DNA of 64,000 nucleotides. Origin: Candidatus Dojkabacteria bacterium (GTDB lineage Bacteria; Patescibacteriota; Dojkabacteria; SC72; JAFGCJ01). Position 1 is the first letter of the stretch, and each line of letters opens with the position of its first letter. Below are positions 57,889-64,000 of this stretch, piece after piece. Under the pieces are notes generated by a model. That model was not told the origin of the DNA. It was given only the letters and a program-made list of their open reading frames with translations, and searched no databases. Where the stretch lies: contig JAFGIK010000031.1 in NCBI GenBank assembly GCA_016929645.1, positions 2,548 through 66,547 on the forward strand, written 5' to 3'. The translations under genes and the position numbers were made by a program.

Positions 57889-60423
57889 ATGAAAAATAAC
57901 ACAACTAATACAACTGAAAAATTAACATTATGGCAGAAAATCAAAAAGCTTTTTCAGAACCGCTATATTGTTTTTTCCTTCATAATCTTCAACTTACTCA
58001 CAATACTAGACACAATAACCGTCCTCTATGTCTTAGTTGCCGAATCAAATGTTTACTTCATGTACTCAGCAGGCAATACATCAGCAATAACAGCAATCAT
58101 CACAGCACTTATAACAACAGCCATCGTAAATCTTATAATCATAGCATTATCATTTACACGCCTTAGAACAACAACACTAATTGTGCCTTTTATTTTAGGC
58201 TCAATATTTTTTGTCACAACATTCATCTACGGCTCAAGTATGCTTTTATACACAATGCCAATGATTATTGTTGGAGTTATTATTGGCATTTATTACAGTC
58301 TTATTTTCTACGGCCCTGCGATTTGGTTTTATTACAGATTAAAAATGCCACTGGTGAGTGTCGGATGGCTATCTGTTTTTTATTTGTCTACATTACTGAT
58401 TGCAAATGCTTACAAAATTGATCAGGCGGGAGCAGAAGCATTTCTTGCACTTCTCAGACCTGATTATCTATTACTTACGGGATCTTTTTACCTTATTACC
58501 TCGCTACTTCTAGTTGTAGATCACGCTCAAGAACTTGCTCGATGGAAAAGAACTCCTGAAAAAACAATAAAATTTCCACTAAAAACCTTAATTCCAGCCT
58601 TTTTAGTACTAATAATTGTCACAGTAATAACAAACTTTTTATCACCAGCTATTTGGAAAGTCCTTTGGAAAAAGACAGAGACTGAAAATACAGACGATCC
58701 AGAAAAACTAGAAAAAGAAGATGTTCCAAACGGAGAAGATGGACCATCAGGCAACCAAAAACAGAATGACGACAGCATACAGATGGACCCAAATCAAAAC
58801 CTGCAAGGAGAAGTAAATATGGATAATAGCGGAAAAATAATGTTTATTGTCAACATTCAAAAGACTGACGAGTATGGAAACTCCTTAAGTTTTGAAAACA
58901 CCAGGCATTACTGGAAAATGGATGATCTTGAAAGTTATTCAGAAAAAAATGGATTCTATAATAACATGGAATACCAGGAATATGATTACGCTCACAATCT
59001 TTACAGTGATAGCTGGTTTTCATATTTTCCAACAAGTTATCCCGTATATTCCTTTCAAGAGGTACAAATATATACTTTTTTAGACATGGAAACAAATTGG
59101 ATCATTAACGAAGAATCTCCTAACAAAATACGATTATTAAGTGGTGATGAACGATCTTTTTACATGTTTGAAAATAAAACTGCAGTTTTGGAAAAAAACA
59201 AACCATGGAAAAAAGATGACAGTTACGAAATACAAAGCTCAATAAGTGAATTTGATTACACTAACCCAGACACATATGATCAATTTAGAGATGATTGGTA
59301 CTATTACGAAGAATACGCCACAAACGATTGGGACGAAATAATTGACCAAAATACCGGATTCGACGATCCTGAGATCACAGCCTTAGCAAAGGAGATAACA
59401 GAGCCATACGACAACAAACTCGACAAGTCTATTGCAGTTATGCAGTATCTTCAAGACAATTATAAGTACACCCTAAAGCCAGGAGATCCGACAGATCTTG
59501 ACAAAGACAAGGAAAACATTGAGCGCTTGAAGTATTTTCTCTTTGAAGATAAAGAAGGTTACTGCCTTCACTTTGCGACAGCAATGACAGCAATGCTTAG
59601 ATCCCAGGACATTCCAGCACGAGTTACTGTAGGCTTCGCAGAAGGAACTTATGACTATGACCTAAATTCATACGTTGTAGCAAGTGGAGATGCCCATGCA
59701 TGGGTAGAGGTTTTCTTTGATGACTATGGATGGCTGACTTTTGATCCGACCCCAGCTTCCGATCCAGAAGCAGAAGACAAAGAAAAGGAGAAAGAAAAAG
59801 AACTAGATAAGGAGCTCACAGATGAAAAAAAGAAAGAATTAGAGAAGATGCAAAAGGAAGCCCTTGATAAACTTGATGAATTTAACAATTACGATTACAT
59901 TGAATATGACCCAAATAAGGAAAGTTCACCAGAGTGGATTCAAAATATAAATAAAGAAATCGAAAAACAGATAAAACCAATTGCGCAAACAATGCAGTTC
60001 ATGATCCCATTAGCTATGTTTTTAGCGATCCTTTCAATTATTGTCGGCCCACCAGCAATCAATACCTATATAGACCTTAACCTTTCAGGAAAGATAAAAA
60101 AGAGGGATGACAGAGAACAAATCATTGCATACTTCAAGCTAATAGAACGAAAGTTAAGACAATATAAACATGAATATGGAAGAAAACGAGGAGAAACCTC
60201 ACTCGAATACTATGACAGATTGAAAAAGACAAATATCGTACACAAAGATATTGATGAGAATTTCCAGAAAGCCTGCAATATTTATAATCGAGCTGCTTTC
60301 AGATTTGAAATAAAACCTACTGACCGCAAAGAGATGAGCAACCAGGCATTTATTATTTCTGATTTTGTAGAACATCAAATGTCAGATTTTCAAAATATAA
60401 TCAAATTATGGGTAATATGGTAA
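57889..60423 (+). CDS. Membrane transglutaminase-like (TgpA-like) protein
   Basis: TM bundle; catalytic triad GYCLHFATAM, HAWVEV, FDPT; C-terminal DUF4129-like GETSLEY; ATG at 57889. Confidence 0.87.
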   Translation: MKNNTTNTTEKLTLWQKIKKLFQNRYIVFSFIIFNLLTILDTITVLYVLVAESNVYFMYSAGNTSAITAIITALITTAIVNLIIIALSFTRLRTTTLIVPFILGSIFFVTTFIYGSSMLLYTMPMIIVGVIIGIYYSLIFYGPAIWFYYRLKMPLVSVGWLSVFYLSTLLIANAYKIDQAGAEAFLALLRPDYLLLTGSFYLITSLLLVVDHAQELARWKRTPEKTIKFPLKTLIPAFLVLIIVTVITNFLSPAIWKVLWKKTETENTDDPEKLEKEDVPNGEDGPSGNQKQNDDSIQMDPNQNLQGEVNMDNSGKIMFIVNIQKTDEYGNSLSFENTRHYWKMDDLESYSEKNGFYNNMEYQEYDYAHNLYSDSWFSYFPTSYPVYSFQEVQIYTFLDMETNWIINEESPNKIRLLSGDERSFYMFENKTAVLEKNKPWKKDDSYEIQSSISEFDYTNPDTYDQFRDDWYYYEEYATNDWDEIIDQNTGFDDPEITALAKEITEPYDNKLDKSIAVMQYLQDNYKYTLKPGDPTDLDKDKENIERLKYFLFEDKEGYCLHFATAMTAMLRSQDIPARVTVGFAEGTYDYDLNSYVVASGDAHAWVEVFFDDYGWLTFDPTPASDPEAEDKEKEKEKELDKELTDEKKKELEKMQKEALDKLDEFNNYDYIEYDPNKESSPEWIQNINKEIEKQIKPIAQTMQFMIPLAMFLAILSIIVGPPAINTYIDLNLSGKIKKRDDREQIIAYFKLIERKLRQYKHEYGRKRGETSLEYYDRLKKTNIVHKDIDENFQKACNIYNRAAFRFEIKPTDRKEMSNQAFIISDFVEHQMSDFQNIIKLWVIW

Positions 60424-61085
60424 ATTTAGCAAAACAAAAAATTTACTGTAGTTTATTAATCATAGTCCTAATCTTGGGATTAGGATTCTCAGCATGCAAC
60501 ACCAATGATGACAACGATGATGAACAAGACTCAGAAAAAATCGATACTTCAGACTTATCAAGCCTGACAATCTATCAACAAGGTCAAACATTAGGCGGAG
60601 AAGAAACACAAACAGAACAGTGCGTTTTCTATTACCCAGCAGATTTCCAAGAAATGGAAGCAACAGAAGGTCTGGATGTTATATACAACCAAAGTATCGT
60701 TGTAGGCGATCCCTATAATGACAGAATACTTTTGACAACAGAAGAGTATACAGGAGATGATTCGTCAGAAAAATGGAGCAGCTCAAAATGTGAACAGATT
60801 GCATCTGTATATCAGGAAAGCTATGCTTACGCATTTGGTGTGGATACTGAAGATTTCAAATTAATCGATACGGAATTTGTAAAGAAAAAAACAGATGGCT
60901 CACCAATAGAATCCTGCTTAATCGATTTCGAATTCCCAATCAACGACCAGCAGATTATTGCAAGTTTTGGGGCATATCGATGGGAAAAAGCTTCAAGCTC
61001 TAAATTAGTTGGCGCATTTTATGATAAAGGTTCAGAGAACACAGACAAGCTAAAACGCTCAGTAAAAGCATTCGAACTATTGTAG
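60417..61085 (+). CDS. Putative acidic lipoprotein
   Basis: Basic n-region, hydrophobic h-region, FSAC lipobox, Asp-rich linker; overlaps the upstream stop. Confidence 0.65.
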   Translation: MVNLAKQKIYCSLLIIVLILGLGFSACNTNDDNDDEQDSEKIDTSDLSSLTIYQQGQTLGGEETQTEQCVFYYPADFQEMEATEGLDVIYNQSIVVGDPYNDRILLTTEEYTGDDSSEKWSSSKCEQIASVYQESYAYAFGVDTEDFKLIDTEFVKKKTDGSPIESCLIDFEFPINDQQIIASFGAYRWEKASSSKLVGAFYDKGSENTDKLKRSVKAFELL

Positions 61086-61129
61086 TCAAATTTCTAGTCA
61101 AATTTCAGTTATCAATCCAAGTCAAGTAT

Positions 61130-62341
61130 TTATTTTAAATCTTCAGAATTAATAGCAATAGAGTGCTTATCAACAGGAAGCCAGATAATGAAGGTTGCAG
61201 TACATCCATTGCTCATTACTGAAATTCTACCACCATGAGACTCAACAATTTTTTTTGATAAATATAGGCCAAAGTGTGATTCCAAAAGTGATACTGCATC
61301 AGATGTGTTGGCTTTAAAAATATTTGCCAGTTGATCTTCTGGTATGCTTCCACTTGAAGTAGAAATTGCAATACCAAGAAATTGCTTATTACCCCGCCAT
61401 TGTTCTTGCGGAGATTTCCCAGGAACGTATTTGCTAACATGAATATTAATATTCCCATTAGCATCACACAAGTCGCAAGTGGCTCTAAATACTGAGCTCA
61501 AAGCAAATTCTATCAAATCAGGATTAACACGAACAGGAAGAATACTACTTGGTTTAGCTAAATAATCTACAAAGTTACATTGTAATAACTTTCCGCTACA
61601 TCGAATAGGAGTTTCTAACATAACTCTTCTTATAGATGTAGGATAATTCCATATCTCTAGTGAATCGTATTGAAGAACCTCTCCAGTATTAAGATAGTTC
61701 ATTAATGCTTGAATGGCATGTATTTCAGCAAAAATCATATTTAGCTTCTTCTCAAGTTCCGGCTTATCAAAAAACATCGGACCAATATACATTTGAAGAG
61801 CAGTCAAAGAGTTTAATAAACCAATCTGAAGTTGCCGAAAAATAGACCTATCATCTTCAGTCTGTTGTACACACATAGGTTTTTCCAAAATTTGTATTAA
61901 AACCGGAGATGGTGAACAATCAACATTCATAAGTCCAAAAGGCTTAGCAATCAATTGTACAATTCGGCCATCATCAAGGGTTAATTCCACACCTGAATTC
62001 CCATTACCATCCTGAGATCCAATATATGTCGAAGCCCAACAGTTTCTTAAGTACTCATTCAATCTTTGTCCCTGATAATCAGAGCCGCCAGCAAAACAAA
62101 ATTGATGGAAATCACTTTCTGCCCTAAATAATTGAGTAAAAGCTGAATTGGCCCTAATCATGGTTAAGTTCAAAGCATTACCTGCATCATCCGTCTGTAC
62201 ATTCATAGGATTTTGCATCATAAAAACAGCCAAAGGAGTATCACACAGATCTAAGAGAGCTAGGAGATCCATATCCAAATGATTTCTTGGAGGTGTTAAC
62301 ACATCTGGATCACCATTAGCATGATTGTCGGGAATTGTCAT
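61130..62341 (-). CDS. Degenerate (pseudo) sensor histidine kinase: PAS-like region plus HATPase_c-like domain
   Basis: C-terminus SIPEDQLANIF...FGLYLSKKIVESHGGRISV...ATFIIWLP; H, N and G1 boxes are substituted. Confidence 0.7.
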   Translation of the reverse strand: MTIPDNHANGDPDVLTPPRNHLDMDLLALLDLCDTPLAVFMMQNPMNVQTDDAGNALNLTMIRANSAFTQLFRAESDFHQFCFAGGSDYQGQRLNEYLRNCWASTYIGSQDGNGNSGVELTLDDGRIVQLIAKPFGLMNVDCSPSPVLIQILEKPMCVQQTEDDRSIFRQLQIGLLNSLTALQMYIGPMFFDKPELEKKLNMIFAEIHAIQALMNYLNTGEVLQYDSLEIWNYPTSIRRVMLETPIRCSGKLLQCNFVDYLAKPSSILPVRVNPDLIEFALSSVFRATCDLCDANGNINIHVSKYVPGKSPQEQWRGNKQFLGIAISTSSGSIPEDQLANIFKANTSDAVSLLESHFGLYLSKKIVESHGGRISVMSNGCTATFIIWLPVDKHSIAINSEDLK

Positions 62342-62473
62342 TTCCTAAATTACTAAAAAATAGGTTATATTTGCATTATACAACCCCATAGACAAAAGTA
62401 AATGACTTAACATGGGAACTAAATATATAAAACAAAAAACGCATACTTGTCGTCACAAAAAATTATATCCATT

Positions 62474-62502
62474 GTGACAAAAATTTTTAATTTCTATATA
62501 AT
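62474..62502 (+). promoter_or_regulatory. Promoter GTGACA-17-TATAAT for tyrS
   Basis: -35 at 62474-62479, -10 at 62497-62502; ATG 8 nt downstream. Confidence 0.6.
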
Positions 62503-62510
62503 AGCCATTA

Positions 62511-64000
62511 ATGAAATTCAGAATTGACAAAAATTTACTTTCAGAATTTCCAGACCTTTCAATAGGCCTACTTCTTGTCGAGAACATCGATAACACAAAA
62601 GCCAAGAATGATACATATCAACTTCTCTGGCAGATAATAGAAGAAAATGCTGTTAGATATAGAGATTTGACACTAAATGCAATCGAAAATATTTCCAGCT
62701 GGAACAATGCATTTACAAAGATCGGTATCAATTCAAACGAAATTTACCCATCTCATAAAGCACTTATAAAAAGAGTGATTGAACATAATGAAATTCCAAA
62801 TGTGAATCCATTGGTAAACATTTACAACTATATTTCAATTAAGTATGCTCTGCCACTTGGAGGACATAATCTCGATGCTATAGATGGTGATATAACAGTT
62901 GGTCAAAACACAGGGAAACTAAAATTTTCGCCAATCGGGAAATCAACTCAAGAAGACGTCCCAGAGAACGAAATCGCATACTTTGATAACAAAGACATCC
63001 TTACCAGAAATTGGGTGTGGAGACAATCAGATAAAAGTAAAACAATGGAAAATACTCAAAATATACTTATACCTATAGATAACATCGGCAACATTTCTTC
63101 CCAAGAATTATCAAAAATCATCCTTGAGCTAAAGTCAATTATCGAAAAGTACTTAGGAACAGAAAAATCCATTTATAAATTCGGAAAAGTTTCGTTAAAA
63201 AATAATGAGGTAGATCTCGATAAACTTGAGACAATCAAAAACCATCTACCGATAAGGTTTGAGGCTAAACCAGTAAAAACAGACAAAGAAATTATCGATA
63301 CACTTCTTGATAGAGCGACAGAAGAAATTCTACCTTCAAGACAATTTCTAGAGAAATTACTATACAGCGGAAGAAGACTTAACGTCTACCAGGGATTTGA
63401 CCCCACAGCAGATACTTTACATATCGGCCATACAGTAGGTATGCGAAAACTTAGATTTTTTCAGAGACTAGGCCATAATGTCATTTTTCTAATAGGAGAT
63501 TTTACCGCAAGGATAGGGGATCCAACAGACAAATCTGCAGCACGAGTCAAACTTACAAAACAAAAAGTAAAAGAAAACTTAAAGAAATACAAAGAACAAG
63601 CAAGCAAACTACTAGACTTCGATAACAAAGAAAATCCAATCCAGGTAATGTTTAATGCAGACTGGCTGGAAAAACTCGATTTTGGAGATATTCTCGAAAT
63701 TACATCCGAATTTACCGTCCAGCAAATGATAAAGAGAGATATGTTCAAAAGAAGAATAGACGAGGACAGACCAATTTACCTGAACGAATTTATGTACCCA
63801 GTAATGCAGGCATACGACTCTGTAGTAATGAACATTGATGTCGAAGTCGGAGGAAATGACCAGATGTTTAATATGATATGCGGTAGAGACCTTACTATTC
63901 GGCTAAGAAACAAAGAGAAAGCAGTCCTTCCAAACAAACTGCTTGTCGATCCATCAGGTAAAAAGATGGGAAAATCAGAAGGAAACATGATCATGCTATC
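62511..64000 (+). CDS. tyrS: Tyrosine--tRNA ligase with a fused N-terminal B3/4 (PheT-like editing) domain; 3' end truncated
   Basis: Hand-translated, stop-free for 496 codons. B3/4 part: IPNVNPLVNIYNYISIKYALPLGGHNLD, EIAYFD, TRNWVWRQSDKS. TyrRS part: YQGFDPTADTLHIGH, IGDFTARIGDPT, YPVMQAYD, GGNDQMFN, KMGKSEGN. Confidence 0.92.
   Translation, partial: MKFRIDKNLLSEFPDLSIGLLLVENIDNTKAKNDTYQLLWQIIEENAVRYRDLTLNAIENISSWNNAFTKIGINSNEIYPSHKALIKRVIEHNEIPNVNPLVNIYNYISIKYALPLGGHNLDAIDGDITVGQNTGKLKFSPIGKSTQEDVPENEIAYFDNKDILTRNWVWRQSDKSKTMENTQNILIPIDNIGNISSQELSKIILELKSIIEKYLGTEKSIYKFGKVSLKNNEVDLDKLETIKNHLPIRFEAKPVKTDKEIIDTLLDRATEEILPSRQFLEKLLYSGRRLNVYQGFDPTADTLHIGHTVGMRKLRFFQRLGHNVIFLIGDFTARIGDPTDKSAARVKLTKQKVKENLKKYKEQASKLLDFDNKENPIQVMFNADWLEKLDFGDILEITSEFTVQQMIKRDMFKRRIDEDRPIYLNEFMYPVMQAYDSVVMNIDVEVGGNDQMFNMICGRDLTIRLRNKEKAVLPNKLLVDPSGKKMGKSEGNMIML

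Noticed and set aside
55196-61085. MoxR-DUF58-transglutaminase operon as a novel system
   Set aside because: A well-known, widespread arrangement; only the REP copy inside it is notable.
62445-62458. ACTTGTCGTCACAA upstream of tyrS matches ACTTGTCGTGACAA (1329-1342) downstream of aspS at 13/14
   Set aside because: Different positions relative to the genes, and a one-mismatch 14-mer is plausible by chance; no T-box features.
55-63994. Many 60-140-aa ORFs antisense to or nested within larger genes (e.g. 55180-55608, 63461-63748, 63776-63994)
   Set aside because: Shadow ORFs of real genes with no motifs; the last two are antisense to tyrS.
1-64000. Alternative genetic code (TGA = Gly, code 25)
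   Set aside because: Conserved genes end at the expected length on TGA (mraY, rarA, murC) and long ORFs are intact under code 11.

Overview
AT-rich bacterial chromosome segment in genetic code 11 (TGA is used as a stop). The gene set and style (archaeal-type AspRS, many apparently leaderless promoters, VLG/VAG-motif surface proteins, many orphans) suggest a CPR/Patescibacteria genome; this is inference. In order: AspRS (5' end just outside the window); a DNA-repair radical SAM-HhH gene followed by an MPG/AAG glycosylase; VOC and TetR genes; an RlmD-like methyltransferase; a GldA/GldF-G/DUF4340-type ABC system; trxB, a degenerate ABC exporter, a CcdA-like protein, a desulforedoxin-like protein and QueH; a ~21 kb surface-glycosylation locus (flippase, archaeal-like surface protein, GT2 x5, GT4 x2, pyruvyl transferase, three GT-C-like polytopic proteins, a tandem CBM-like protein); rmuC; thiI; a murA-murB-murD-murC-hydrolase-murE operon; tatD; mraY; rarA; a MoxR-DUF58-transglutaminase operon; a degenerate histidine kinase; and a TyrRS that runs off the window end and is missing from the ORF track. 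The best leads are: (1) this TyrRS carries an in-frame N-terminal B3/4 tRNA-editing domain; (2) an identical TTCGG-N6-TTCGG direct repeat lies in the promoters of two distant DNA-repair genes (candidate SOS box); (3) a dispersed REP/MITE-like repeat family, including a 327-bp element with perfect 30-bp terminal inverted repeats and nested inner inverted repeats. No rRNA, tRNA, CRISPR array or transposase was seen. All calls come from reading motifs by eye; no searches were run.
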